Below, one piece after another: positions 1 through 13,529 of a DNA stretch of 64,000 nucleotides. Each line of letters starts with the position of its first letter. Positions within the stretch are counted from its first letter, which is position 1. The notes below the pieces were generated by a model. The model was not told the DNA's origin and made no database searches. It saw only the letters and a program-made list of their open reading frames with translations. The position numbers were made by a program, and so were the translations under genes. The DNA is from Amoebidium appalachense (lineage: Eukaryota; Protista; Ichthyosporea), in assembly GCA_963693365.1 (NCBI GenBank), contig CAVNZM010000006.1, positions 2,790,001 to 2,854,000 of the forward strand, given 5' to 3'.

Positions 1-1043
1 CTGTTGGTCGTCACATTGAGTATCTATATGATTTTCACACAGTGTTCAGGTATCTCAGTATGCACTTGTTACCGGATTATAACTCGTGAAGTTTTTATTG
101 CCTCCTAAGTATGCCGTGCATACTTGCATATCTTTCCGTTGAATAAATTCAGTCAAAAGGTTGCCAAGAACCGGGGCATGAACTTCCTGCGCATGCATTG
201 CGATGATGACGAACGTTCCCACCTGGTACACAAGTAGTACGCTCAATGTATGCAATTGCGCGCACATGCCAACGTAACGCAAAGCACTTTTTTTATGGGG
301 TTTTAAATATAAAGAAGAAAAAATTCAACATTTCGCACCCTATACTGTCTGTATTCGCAGTTTACTTATGCGGCATTGAACGGATTACACATCATCATTT
401 CAGCAATACCATCAGCGGAATGATACCCTCGGACGCGGTGGGGTTTTTTCAAGCTTGCATGTTCAGAACTTCAGATCCACCAATGGATGCGTCGCAGGCT
501 TCGCCAGCTGACCATTGAGCTGGCGGCGCCGCACCATGTCTCGACTTACACAATATCAGGGTGTGAAATTTGTTTTGGCAGGTGCCATTTTGGTAACTTT
601 CCACCAGCCTGGATGGCCCTAACAGAGTCAACAACGGTTTTTAGGTGTATTTTCTTATACATTTGGCTTTGTTATGGCCAATTTTTGGAAAATCGATGGA
701 CCTAACCTCAAAAAGTTAGGGATAATTTTCGGACTTTCAGGGGCAATTTTCTGGCCCTGGCCTAAACCCCCTAATTTCACAGGCTGCACAATATGGGTAT
801 GCTAATAATAGGCATGTATGTCAGCAAAACAGAAGTGTGGCGATAACTGAATAGGGATGCATAGTCTAATATCGATAGGGCTATAGTGCTAACAGCTACA
901 AAGGTTTTGGGGTTTATAGGTATAGTATAACTTAAGAGACGTAGAATACGCAATGGTGGGGGTAGAGTTGGAATAGGTTCACACTGCGTGTGTAGGTTGC
1001 AGGCCAGCATGAGGATATTTTGGTTTTTCACACTTTCCAGAAC

Positions 1044-2708
1044 ATGATAGACGATAGTGGGAGAATGGCGTACGAAGGCCGAGGGCCCGAGTATGAGGAA
1101 TACTGCGAGGAACCAGTGTATACCTACGAAGAGAATGAACAGCAACTGCGCCGCCACCCTGAGGTGAACGGTCAGCGCAGAGAAGCGTACCTCACATACG
1201 CACAAGCAGAAGCACTAGAACACTCGGCACACCCACACAACCCACAACGAACACAACACACGCGCGAGGCACACAGCACACACCAGCAGTGGGGGGCAGG
1301 TCATCCACCTCCTCCTGCGCAGGAATATCGCCGCAGCTATGCGGAATTCGTAGCAGGCGGGGAAGGGCGTGAGGTGTACGAGCAGGGGGGATACACGCAG
1401 GGCAGGCCGACACAATACTACGACGAACCTGCGCCCCTCCGTCTCACCTACGAGGAGGCACAGCGTAGGCGTATTTCCTACGAAGACGCGGGCAGAAACA
1501 GCCCGGCATATGCAGTGCGCAGCAGGCCCGTGGACCCCCAACCCCTACAGGCCGACACTGCCCCCCAGGCACGTTTTGACTATCACCCACGACAGGAGCA
1601 GCGAAGACCTGCCCCCCTGTATGGCCCCTCAGGGGGTTACAGGGGGGAGGAGCATCACAACCCGTACAGTGAGTCGGGGCCTACGCACGCGGGCATGTCC
1701 TATTCGTCTGCACCCCCACCCCACCAGCACGTGCAGAGGCAGGTGCGGTCTGCCCCCCTCACCACTGGGCCGGACGAGGAGTACGGGTGGAACAGACCCA
1801 CACAACGCAGCTACACGTGGACACGTACGAGCACGGAGGATATGGACACGGACGACTGGGACCCACGCGCACAGAGGGACCGCCTGCCTCCAAACATCGA
1901 CCCACGTGTGCGTGCAAAACCTCAGCACACAGGCAGGCCCCAGCCCTATCCCCGCGGAGACCTACCACAGGGATTACAGGAGAACCCAAACCACGTGCGC
2001 ATGTGTCGCTCTTGGCCGGCCCAACCAGTTGCTGTGGCCGAGGAGGGGGGTGACCCTTCCCTGTGGGACCGAGAGGCTGTGCACCCTGCACACCGCCAAC
2101 CCCCCAGCAACACACAGTCACGCTCACGACGACCCTCCGGGGCAGACAGACAATGGTCTGGTGGGCAGGTCACTGGGCCTCTCTACTCGGCTCCTGCTTC
2201 GTGGGGCCGTGCGGATGGATACGACGGACCACAACAGCAACATGAACCACAGCCACCACCACGTCGGCAGGTGGGCTCGCAGTATGGCTACCAGAACGAC
2301 GAGATGATGCCCCAAGCCCCACCCACACCACAGCAGCAGCAATACTGGCCTCCCCCTACACCGACGTATTCATCACAACAGCAACAGCAACAAACACCGG
2401 CACAGGCGGGGGCGGGGGCGAAGGATTACATTGCGGATTTGGATAGTCTGCAAGAGGAATTAGAGGCGGCGCCCCTTGCACAGGCACCCAAACAGAGCGC
2501 TACGTTGCCACCAAAGAGTAGAAGTTGGACGCTTGTTCAGGTCGAGTATGATAAAGCGGCGCATAAGTATACGATAAGGAATGTGGATAGCGAATCGGTG
2601 GAAAGAAGCAATGCGGAAAAGGCGGAGAAACAGAATGCACAGGCACCGTGGCCAAAAGAGAAGTGGTCTCCGCCCGTGCCTGTGTCGACCGGTATGGATA
2701 CGACGTGA
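1044..2708 (+). CDS. Large exon/ORF encoding an unknown low-complexity, probably disordered Tyr/Gln/Pro/Gly/Arg-rich protein (~554 aa from ATG 1044)
   Basis: 1.66-kb open frame of non-repetitive sequence in a microsatellite-dense genome. It is preceded by a tttccag acceptor-like site (1034-1040) and ATG at 1044. A possible donor G|GTATGG at 2691/2692 means the gene may splice on rather than stop at 2708. No family motif recognised. Confidence 0.6.
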   Translation: MIDDSGRMAYEGRGPEYEEYCEEPVYTYEENEQQLRRHPEVNGQRREAYLTYAQAEALEHSAHPHNPQRTQHTREAHSTHQQWGAGHPPPPAQEYRRSYAEFVAGGEGREVYEQGGYTQGRPTQYYDEPAPLRLTYEEAQRRRISYEDAGRNSPAYAVRSRPVDPQPLQADTAPQARFDYHPRQEQRRPAPLYGPSGGYRGEEHHNPYSESGPTHAGMSYSSAPPPHQHVQRQVRSAPLTTGPDEEYGWNRPTQRSYTWTRTSTEDMDTDDWDPRAQRDRLPPNIDPRVRAKPQHTGRPQPYPRGDLPQGLQENPNHVRMCRSWPAQPVAVAEEGGDPSLWDREAVHPAHRQPPSNTQSRSRRPSGADRQWSGGQVTGPLYSAPASWGRADGYDGPQQQHEPQPPPRRQVGSQYGYQNDEMMPQAPPTPQQQQYWPPPTPTYSSQQQQQQTPAQAGAGAKDYIADLDSLQEELEAAPLAQAPKQSATLPPKSRSWTLVQVEYDKAAHKYTIRNVDSESVERSNAEKAEKQNAQAPWPKEKWSPPVPVSTGMDTT

Positions 2709-4139
2709 ATGGTATGGAAGCACGGCTGGGTGTGTGTGTGTGTACGTGTGTGTACGTGTACGTGTACGTCTATGTGTTTGTGTGCCTATGTGCGTGTGCG
2801 TGTTTCGTATGGGTGGGGTGGCAAGGGGGGGGGGGGGGGGGGGGGGGGGGGAGTTTGTAGTGTGGTTACAAAGTCAGTCTGATTCGCATGTTTTATCTTC
2901 TGTTGAAAGTTTTTGCTGAAACTTGAGAACGAGGTTTTCTGCACTTTTAGCGATGTTCATTTTGCGATCACCAGTTCATGAACGAAGTTTCTAGCAACCG
3001 CAGAGTTAGTGAATGCTGCAGCCCGTGTATGCTCAAGCCACAGAGTAGAAAGCTACACACAGTTGTGTTTTTTCCTCTCCTAACCTGTAAAAGCCTAAGT
3101 CAAATCTTACCACGAGTAATTCAGGGTGAGAAAGACCCGAAAATCGATGTGAAATGACCCGGTTTACAGTGGGTATGCTGAATAGGGGCCTTAACTTTGG
3201 GTGGGAAGGGGAGAGAGGGGGGGCAGGCACACAACCCATTTTTGCGCAAGTTGGAAGCCCGCATGGACCATGTATAGTGCCGTGTTATTAGCGGCCATGT
3301 GTGCACTGGCACTGTCGCACGACAGCAGCGTTAAAAGTGTTAAATTTTATTGTTAACGGGTGATTGGCTCCCGCACTTAGTGCACATTGGCTCTGATGAC
3401 CCCGGCTGGCTCGGGCAGGGCGGACTGATGCATTAAATTTCCATTTATGGCAGTTCCACATACCCATGCCCTGTTTGTGTGTCCGTGTGCGTGTGTATTG
3501 GGCCTGCACTTGCATGGATTTTGCTTGCAACTGGATTGGCAGGAGAGCAGTGTGTATATTCACGTATCCAAATACCCAGATAGAAGTGACCAGAACATGT
3601 GCATATGTCTGCATGGTTGGGTGTTAATGTGCTTGTGCATGATTGGTAAGGTGTGTGTGTTCCGGACACGTGGATGTGGTTTGCGTGCACGTGCATGTGG
3701 GTGTGGTGTATCTGTTAGTGCGCGGGCAGGGTGATGAGTGTGTAATGCCTGTATTGTGTGTGTGTCCACTCTGTCTCTCTGTGTGCGCTAATGCTTGTGT
3801 GCGTGTTCATAGAGGTGTGTGCGTGCGTGCGTGTGCGGATGTGTGTGCGACTGTGCTTGCATGCGGATGTGGGGTGTGCATGCGTGTGTGGCTTTTTATG
3901 TGTGACATCTTTCCATGTTTGTACGCACTTTGCCTTCAGTATGCCACTTCTGGGCTTCTGGGACGTTTAAAATGGTGTACGCCACGGAAAGGAAAAGGGG
4001 GGGGGGGGGGGGGGGGTTACTGGTTACCCCTCTCTTGTAGCTGTCCATGTTTGCGAACGCGTGCTGGGCACAAGCACGCGGATCATCTGTGGGTGTGCTT
4101 GAAATTGCAAGTCGGTATAAGTTCAAGAGAGGCATCATT

Positions 4140-5839
4140 TCGAATATGCTGTGGCACAAAGTTGGTCTCTTGAGGGCTACCTCTTCCCTTTGGTCGGCTA
4201 CTTCAGGCGTTATTTGACCGCACCCATGGGGCTGCCGTTGTGAATGGGGTACTGAGTAACGGATTCAATCGTACTCGAGGCCTTTTACAGGGCTTAAGAG
4301 TCCCCTTCTCTTTGATGTCTTTATTGACGACTTAGCGGTAGAAATTCAACAATTTCCAGTTGCCGGCGACTCTTGTGTCTCCGGCCTTTTATTCGCTGAT
4401 GATAATGTCTTAGTCACTCACGATCCTTCTATTATGAATAACATGCTTTCTCGAGTAGATGACTGGTGTTTCCGAAATTTCATGAAAATTGGGATAGATA
4501 AATGCGGCACCTTTTCCTCCAATGCACAGAACACTCTGAACAATCAACCTATCCCAATCGTGTCCTCCTATGACTATTTAGGTATTCCTTTCACCTCTAA
4601 GGGTATCTGGTTTGAGCGCCTTTTGACTTCGAGCATTTCTCATGCGCGTGGTCGCTTACATATCTATCAAGGAATATTCGCAAATATCTCTAATATTCAT
4701 CCTGCCAATTTGCTCACTCTTTATAATGTTTTTCTTCGTCCATGTTTCGAATATGGCCTCCCGTTAATCTTGTGTGCCCCTCCACGGCAACAGCGCGCGG
4801 CTGTTCGGGAATTCGCTAACACGTACTGACGTGTTGCCGCACGTGCGACGTTATACATTTACCTTTTTGCAAAAAAAAAAAAAAAAAGAAAAAAAAAGGA
4901 AAAAAAAAAAAAGAAAAGGAAAAAGGAGACACTGCCTCAGTAGGTGGTAGGGGAATTCGATTCCTTTCAGCGTGAATTCATCCAGTTTATTTCTCGAACC
5001 TCGCATAGGCATCCTTTGGCGGCTCCCTTGCTGAGTGTTTTTGGTCTCCCTCCGGCGTGCCAGCGTAAGAATGAATTAGGATTTCGCTTTTGTTTTTATT
5101 TGGTTAGGCTTCCTTCTTATCATCCTTTGTTGCAATTCTTTCCTTCTTTAGCACTTGTTCCCGGCATTTCTAATGTTCGTGCGAAATGTCCTATCCCCAA
5201 TCTCCCTCCCATTCCGAGATATCCTTTTAAATACTTAAACTCCTTTATTTTTCTCTTCTACTAGTTATCAGCAGTATGTTACTTGGTTTCATACTCAATA
5301 TCCTTTGCTTCATCGTTGTGATAAAGAGTATCATGGTAGGGCTCTTGAGCCTGTGCTTCTTTTTATATTAGAGACTCGTCTATGTTCTTTACAATCTTTG
5401 TGTAAATTAGCTACTTGTATTTATCCTTCCTCTCATAAACCTACCACACTTACCGATTTTGCAATTCTAACCCCTCCTTGTGATATAGCTTGGAAATGTT
5501 TATTTTGGCGCTGTAACCTTTGTTTCCATAAATGTTTGTGAGACTTTTGTGCAGAACCTTTTTCTCGTAAACACTTAGATAGATGTATTTATTTATCTCA
5601 GATTATTCCGTTAGAAATTAGAAGACTGGCTTATTTAGATTATCCTGATCTTACGTCTATTGACTATCTGTTGACGACCACGGTATGTTTAATGAGTTTT
5701 CTAGGGTGTATGATTATTTAAGTCGTTATCTCCTCCGTATCCGAGAGTGAGGGCTTTTGTATTTTCTTCTCCGAGATATCGGTGATATCTCGATGGCTTC
5801 TATTTTGCTGAGCATATCAATAAAGTCATTATAAAAAAA
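4140..5839 (+). mobile_element. 5'-truncated, decayed non-LTR retrotransposon (LINE): reverse transcriptase plus C-terminal CCHC remnant
   Basis: Conceptual translation gives VVNGVLSNGFNRTRGLLQG / SPLLFDVFIDDL, GLLFADDNVL (FADD at 4392-4403), KCG, YDYLGIPF and LYNVFLRPCFEYG. A CCHC-like remnant *DFCAEPFSRKHLDRC lies near 5540-5590. Frameshifts and stops are present. AATAAA at 5819 and an A-run at 5833-5839. Confidence 0.9.
4816..4950. mobile_element. 135-bp MITE nested in the LINE, with a 9-bp target-site duplication
   Basis: Flanked by GGGAATTCG at 4807-4815 and 4951-4959. Imperfect 14-bp TIRs: CTAACACGTACTGA versus revcomp CTACCACCTACTGA. Removing the insert and one TSD copy restores the RT frame (AAVREFDSFQREF). 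Confidence 0.85.
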
Positions 5840-6405
5840 TATGTTTTCATACAACGTGTGCCCATTTATGATTATCCTCACCCAGTTTGCCGGCATCCAA
5901 TAGATATGGGATTCTGATTACCATATCGAAAGTGCTCCAATCACAATTCGGCGGCGCCGCGGCGGTGGTTTTAACATCTTTTGTGACTGAGTTTGTTATA
6001 GTGTGAGTGAATACGTATTTTAACTGCCACATGTCCTATTTGATCGTGTGTAAGAGCCGGCCCCATGTGTATGGGCGGACCACTGTACCCCCCAATTATG
6101 GAACCCGAGTAGTAATAAGGTTACAATAAGGCTCTATCACTCCTTGTTGCACACGGGCGTCGTATCACCCTGGATCGTGACGTCACAAATGCTATTGCCG
6201 CCCAATCGATCATACGGCCCCTTTTTGCTATAGCTAGGAATATGGCTGGTCTAATGCGCTGGTGAGATGTGCGTGTGTGGCTGTGGGGGTGGGGAGGGGA
6301 GGAAAATGGGTGTGATTGTACGCACGTGTGCCTGTGCGACTGGGGGGGTGGCTATGGGTGTGTGTGTGTGTTGTTTGAGGAGGAGGGGGGGGTTGGTGGG
6401 GGGAG

Positions 6406-6439
<34 letters not shown>

Positions 6440-8127
6440 GGAAGGAGGGGGGGGAAGGGGGGGCATGAGGCCTGGGGGGACGGGATGTCACGTGTGGGTG
6501 TTTGTGGGCGCCTAAGACGCCACCCGCGTGACACTGCACATAGTGTGTGTGTGTGTATGTGTGCATGCGGGTACTATGGGGGTGGGTGGGTATGGGACCG
6601 TGTGTGGTGTTGTGGTGCTGGTGGTGATGGCGGTGGTGGTGAGGGCGGGGGAGGGGGAGGGGGGGGAGGGGGGGGGGGGGGGGTTCAAAATGTGTGCCCG
6701 TGTGTGGAACGAGTGTGGGTGTGGGTGTAGGTGTGGGTGTAGGTGGGTGAGTAAGCGTGTGAGTGTTTGGGGGGGGGGGATGTGGGGAAAGGGGAGTGGG
6801 TGTGCGGTGTGTGGGTGTTTGTGTTAGCACACACTAGATGTGTGTGTGGAAACACGTGTGGGTGTGTCGGTGTGTGGGGGTCTTGGGGGGGGGGGGGGGG
6901 GGGAGGGGGGAGAGGGGAGGGGAGGGGCAGGGGCGGGAGGGGGGGGAGAGGGGGGTGAATGAGTGCGTCCCACATCAGTGTCCTGGGGGGGAAGGGAGGG
7001 GAGTTGTGTGTGTATGTGCGCTTGTGCATGCGCACATGTGTGTGTACATGTATGTGCGAGGGTACGTGTGTGGGTGTGTCGGTGTGTACGTTGGGGTGTG
7101 GGGGGTGGATGTGTGTGTGGGAGAGGGAGGGGGCCGGGGGGACGAGGGGAGGAGGCTTGTGCATTTGTGCCTTCATCTTTGTTGAGGTGGGTGTGGGTAT
7201 GAGTAGGTGGGGGGGGAGCGAGTTGTGTTGGTGTGGTATGAGGGAGGGGGGAGGGCCGGGGGGGGGGGGGGGTTGCGTGTTAGTATGGGCTTGTCTGCTT
7301 GCGCATGAGCACGGTGTGCCTGTGTGCGTGTGTATGTATTTGTGGGTGTCTGTGCGAACGTGCGTGTCTGTGTATGCATATTTGTATGTGTCCCCGTGTA
7401 CATATGTGCGTGTGTGTATGTGTGAGTGTGGCGGTGTGTGCACGTGGGTCTGTATGCGTGTATGGCGGCGGGGAAGGGGAAAGTGGACGCCGGGAGGGGG
7501 CGGGGGGAGGGGGGGGGGGAGGGAGGTGGAGAGGGGGGAGGGGGGCAAGGGGGGGGTTACGTGTGTATGTGGGTGTGCCAGCAGGGGTATGGGTGTGTGG
7601 GTGTGTGGGTGTGTGGGTGTGTGGGTGTGTGGGTGCGTGTGTGTGTTGTGCATGGGTGCGTGTGTGCATTTGCGCGCTGTAGGTGGGTGAAGGTGTGCAT
7701 GTTCGAATTCAGGTGTCTGTTTGTTGGGGTGGATGTGGGTGCAGGCGGGCGGACGGACATATGTGTTGGTGTGTTGTGTCTCTATATGTGGTAGGGGTAA
7801 GGGGAGGGGGTTGGTTTAGTGGCCACCGTGCTTTGATAGCGGGAATTTGTGTAGAAGATGTAGAACCGGTCTAGATATACCAGTACATTTCGTAAAATGT
7901 CAGATAATGGACCCTTGACTAGCACTGAACATACGATATGTGGGTTACACTGTGGATATATTCCGGAATTCCGGAATTCGCGGTTTTCATTCATTGAGCT
8001 TATGTGTTTCCAAATATAGTTCAGTATCACCCGCCAATTCTTTGACTCATATCCCAGAATTCTGGTCCTCCTCCCCCCCCCCCCCCCCCCCCCGCCCCGC
8101 CCCTCGGTCCCGCCTTGCCCATCCCCC

Positions 8128-8161
<34 letters not shown>

Positions 8162-9092
8162 AAACCCACCACCACCACCACAATCCAGCCTGCATACCGT
8201 GTGCATTTTCAGTTTTGTGTAACTTATATGTGGTCGTGTATTTTTGAACCGTCTATGTTCACCACGGCACACGTTGTACCTACTCCCTCCTCCTCCCCCC
8301 CCCTCCCTCTCACACACACTCTCCCACCACCCATCTCATCTCCTACTCCTCCACCCCCCTTCCCCCCGCGTGCCCCTCTCTTTTACTGCTTCCTCCCCAC
8401 GTCTCACTGTATATAGGCCCAATCTTTTCTTGGTTGCTGTGTTTGCTCGGTGGTGGCCCTGTCTGTCTGTCTCCTACCGCCCTTTCCAGTTCAGCCCAAT
8501 TCCGAACCACCCATCCTCACCCCCCCAAACACTAGCACCGGGCTCACTTGAAGCAAATCGTATCAACACTCTGATTGGATCACTATGCAGGCTGAACATT
8601 TGACCAACGGCTGGTAGCATTCCTTGGTGGATATCTATTTTATTTTGCGAATGATTACTCGATCATAAATTAAATATTTTGAGCCTTTCGGCGATGATAT
8701 GCCTACTGCAAGTTGGTTTGTTTTCATGATAAGCGGCAAAGCACCGTTTAGACCCCGACATCCACATGAATCCCCCCCCCCCCCCCCCCCTCACCTCCTC
8801 CCCCCCTCCCCCCCCCTCCCCCCCCTCCCCCCGGTATGTTGCCATTCTGGGTCATTGACTGCAGGTTTCCTTTCGAGTTTCTGTTAGCTAGATCTGGGGA
8901 GGCAACATATTGACAACACAAGTTCTGAGACTCCCTCCCCCAATCCTCACCCACCTCCCCCGTGCGGGCACACACACACAAACACGCACACATGCACACG
9001 CACACATGCACACACACACACCGTCACACTACACGCACACACACGCACAGAGAGGGAGACACACGGTACAAACAAACACACACAGACCCACA

Positions 9093-9128
<36 letters not shown>

Positions 9129-9570
9129 GTGTCAAACACACACAGGCACACAGGCACACACACAGGCAGACATACATGAAGCTGCCAAGTGTTTTTCAGA
9201 ATGTTTTTTCTTTTTCTGGATTGAGATTGGTGCCATTTCATGCAATCACATAACCACATACGCAACCACCCCGAAATCTACCTACCTGCCGCACCATGAA
9301 AGGAATATGCTCATGAGATGTTCAGTGAGTCAAAGGAACTTGCTCTGTCCGACTAATCGACTGTTTTCTCTCAAATTTTCTTCCTCTTTTCCGCCCCCAC
9401 CGCTGTCCTGACTTGTCCTTCCCACACTACCAACCACCACCCCCCACTCCCCCTCCCCTCCCCTCTCCCGTCTCCCCCCCTCCTTCCCTCCCCTCCCTCC
9501 CCTTCTCCCCGTTCGAACAATTTGAACCTGACCCCGCCCAAACCACCAGGAGTCCCCACATGAACTGTCC

Positions 9571-9607
<37 letters not shown>

Positions 9608-9968
9608 AACACAAACACACACAAACACACACACATTCACACACAAAAAGCGATCTCCTCACCTAAAGCCGAAATCTTAACACACCCTGAGAAGATTTTA
9701 GAAAGTTTTGGATATCACGTGACGTCAAGTTAAAAAAAAAGAAAAATACTCCAGGCGTGGCCAGTACCGGGCAGGTGGCAATGCTGAAAAATGTCCTCCT
9801 ACCCCATACTCTTCTCTAAATATGTATGTATGTCCCCAGCTGTGTCGGCAACATTTTAAATTTTGCCTACATATCTGTACCCCATCTCATAGGTATCTTT
9901 GATATATCAGCCCTTTCATATTTGAACTTGAACTTGTGTGGACAATCAGAGTCTCTCCATCCCCCCAG

Positions 9969-10015
<47 letters not shown>

Positions 10016-10686
10016 CTCCCCCAACTCCTCCCCTCCCTCGTCCCCTCCAAAAAAAAAAAGGAGGGGAAAAAAAAAAAGAAAAAAAAAAATAAAGAAAAAA
10101 AGACAAAACCGCTCCTTGCTGGCCCGGCTTAGTATAACATTATCTTCGGGCTCCCGCCTTCTATCCCACCTGTCCCCCCTCCCCCCTTCCTCTCCCCCCC
10201 CCCCTCCCCCCCCCCCCCCCCCACCCACTCTCTCTCCCTTTCACGCCTCCCTCCCCCCACACACGTAACGGCTGTACATGTACATTCACGACTGACAACA
10301 TCATGATGTGTTAGCACGATGCAGGGTTCAATCTCGAGCCCAAGTTGCGCAGAGTATGCATACTTATGCATCAGAAGGGACTATTATTAGGTCAACCCGG
10401 CGGGGAACACAAATTGCAGTACCCGAGTCTAGACCTATGCACATGCATCAGATTCTACTGTGGCAGCGCAATCGCACAATGAGCAATATAGGTATTGCTA
10501 CATAGGAATAATACAAGCTATGGGTGGTCACCCACTTTAATTAGCAACGAGTAGAGGTCACAGGCCGAAGCATTTATTTTTCCGTGGTGGGGGAGAGAGG
10601 TGACCTAGGGGCGGGGGCGGGGACCCGGGGGGGGCCGCTGGCGGGGGGAGGGGGGAGAGGGTGTTATTCAAGATGACCGGCTGACT

Positions 10687-10737
<51 letters not shown>

Positions 10738-11734
10738 TACTGGGATATACTCCGAAAGTTTTATGATCGGTTAAGAGGCCTGCCATGCAGTTGCAAAATC
10801 ATGAGCAAACCGAGTTCGAAGCAAGGATCACCATACATGATTGATTACCTACCTGTATGGTGATCGTGGTGGTGGGAGAAGCGGGGGGGGGGGGGGAGAG
10901 GGGAGGGAGAGGGGAGAGGGGGGGGGAGGGGGGCATATGCATCGATACGAAGCCTGAGATACATGTTTTGCCATGCAAGGAGCATATGGTCGACGCAAGG
11001 GCGCAAAGGGGGGCATGTTCAGCACGCAGCACACCAACAAAGGGAGCATTCAGCCCATCAAACCAACCGCCACATCTCCCATTTTAGCGCCCGGCCGGGC
11101 TGGCCGCGCCTGTGAGCCATTGACCCAGCCACTAGCCTGTCATCTCTGTTTGTTGGCCAGCATCGTATTGCCGGGGCAAGAGCTAGCCTCGGAAGCCACA
11201 ACAGGTGAACTGGACGTGGATCAAATTTTTCTACAAAGAGATAATACCGAAATGGCTTAAAATAAATCCCATCATAGAATGATAGAAAAAATGTTTTCAC
11301 AGCGACGCCATCAACGCAGCTGGGCAGCTAAAACCGGGGTGTGAGGTGGATTGAGTGATTTTTGGCACGCAGCACACAAAGCAAGCAGTTATTTGCAACT
11401 CACAATACCTTCAATTTCGCAGGCATGCATGGGAACCCACCAACACGCCAATCAAGTGACTGTCAGAATTGCACGCCATACTTCACAACTATGTGTTCCT
11501 GTGACGGATACTATATAGGCATAAAGTCTTCGGCGGGAATGTGCACAAGACGCACACGCCAGCTTGCTGGGGTTTTGCACAAACAAATTATCTACAGCCC
11601 ACGGTAGCTTGCCGGGCCCCCAGGGCCCCCATATGCCTATTTATTTAGCGTCAGCTGTCCCCATTTCATTGGCTCACTCAGTGACCATATATGCTTCACT
11701 GTCGGGCCCTTTGATTGGATAGTAGATGGCTGGC

Positions 11735-11774
11735 TTAGTGCTTGGCCTCAGCCTTGTGCTCGTCGTGTGCGTGC

Positions 11775-11828
<54 letters not shown>

Positions 11829-12147
11829 AGGATGCGCGATAAAATGTTAGTGTGTGTGCATCAAGAAGAGTGAAAGTGCGAAAGGGGGAGAGAGAGTATG
11901 TGCAGTCGAATTGTGTGTGTCGCCTTTTCAGGACATTAACTGCCTTCAGCACATGTTCGTGCATGCCAACACCAATGCACACATTTAGCATCCCCCCCCC
12001 CCCCCCCCCTCCAATGCTACACCCCCCCCAACCCCCTCCAGAGCCCCATAGCTCACACAAAGCCGATAGCAACAATACCACTGAGCAATCTCATTGGTGC
12101 ACACACCCACGAGTGCACAACCATCCACCATCTGCTCAAGCCCCCCC

Positions 12148-12178
<31 letters not shown>

Positions 12179-12217
12179 AAAACCACCGGCCCCCTTTTCC
12201 CCTGCTGCGTGCCTAAA

Positions 12218-12248
<31 letters not shown>

Positions 12249-13355
12249 CAACACACTTCCTTCCCTCCCCTCCCTCTAACCCTTTCCCCTGTTGCATACA
12301 CACACCCAATCATAGCACCTACATGTGGTGGCTGTTACAGAACAAACAAGCCATTACGAACAAGCAAGGGCACCTTGCTCCAAAAACGGGTGCAAGTGGG
12401 GTTTACATAAGGTCTGCGTACAAGAGGGAGGGAGGGGGGGGGGGGGGGGGGGGGTTGATGTATGCGTTAGAGGGTTGGGAATATGGAGGAGACAACAAAG
12501 AGCAAACAGCAAAAACGTCACAAAAGTGGGATACCCAGAATCAAACAGTGTAAGCGTGCAGGCAGAAGACACTTGAACAGAGCCCATCATCAGGGGGTTC
12601 CTATGCCTCCAAGAGGGGGGGAGGGGGGGGGGGGTTTGAATGCGGAACACGGTACGAAGTACGCATACACGAAGGACACATGCAAAGGCAAACATTCAAG
12701 TATGCAACATAGCCATGTGCACAGTATGCGTCATAAGCAGAGCCCATTCTCAGGGAGGGCCCAAGTCATCAATTGCGTCTGAGCTTCGACCCCTTAGCCC
12801 GCGTATATACGATTCTCCAACTCAGACAGCAGCATCAACTGGACTTGGGAGGGTCAACCCGTCTTGATCAAAGACGAGCAGGGTTGCTTATGCAAGCAAG
12901 GTGAGCAAAACGGTGAATATGTGTGTGCAAACTAATGCAGTTCAGCGAAAAATGCGTATGTGCTTACAGATGCATGACACAGAGCAACCATGCCCGGTTG
13001 CATGGAAGTAAAGCGGTCTCCACACAGTGGTCTGTCCTGAAAGGGCACCTCTGAAAGAAGACTGGGGGGGTTTGAATGCGGAACACGGTACGAAGTACGC
13101 ATACACGAAGGACACATGCAAAGGCAAACATTCAAGTATGCAACATAGCCATGCGCACAGGGGGGGGGGGGGGGGGGGGGGGGGGTGGAGGGGAGCTCAG
13201 AATGAAAAGAGGGAGGAGAACGAGAAAAGACGGGGGCATTGGGTAACGGTTGAGTGAAATTTGTCAGGAAACACAATACACTCCCAAACACAGAAAGGCA
13301 AAAAGCGTACGTGTTTGTCTCATTTGCGTGTGTTTGTCCACGTGTGTACATGTGT

Positions 13356-13386
<31 letters not shown>

Positions 13387-13497
13387 GAGGGGGTGTTACC
13401 CTTAAGGTGGCGGAGCTCCATGGCGTAGCCGTAGATGAACAGCCCACCAATAAGGTGGAAGATAGGGTTGACCCGGTTGGTCACAATGTAGCGACGG
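11735..13497 (-). CDS. ATP17: Mitochondrial ATP synthase subunit f (Atp17/ATP5MF-like), last two exons; 5' exon(s) not located
   Basis: Exons 13400-13497 and 11735-11775 are joined by a phase-compatible GT-AG intron and give RRYIVTNRVNPIFHLIGGLFIYGYAMELRHLKGHAHDEHKAEAKH*. This matches the subunit f pattern: basic-YI segment, P-x-x-H, one TM helix, then RHL and a His-rich tail. Confidence 0.7.
12635..13160. mobile_element. Poly-G-anchored ~450-bp repeat family, copy A (one 436-bp unit plus a partial second unit)
   Basis: Begins TTTGAATGCGGAACACGG directly after a G-run. The unit ends GAAGACTG7 and restarts at 13071. Near-identical to the copies at 13936, 31103 and 31530. Confidence 0.8.
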
Positions 13498-13498
13498 C

Positions 13499-13529
<31 letters not shown>

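Noticed and set aside
55-705. Short ORFs and exon candidates at the window start
   Set aside because: One plausible minus-strand exon (~125-222), but no recognisable product or consistent model.
700-775. Telomere-like CCTAAC/TTAGGG motifs, also at ~26206 and ~63530
   Set aside because: Isolated single motifs, not arrays.
9752-11112. hAT-like element bounded by CAGGCGYGGCCAG inverted repeats
   Set aside because: The TIRs match 12/13 but the flanks show no target-site duplication. These may be unrelated orphan ends.
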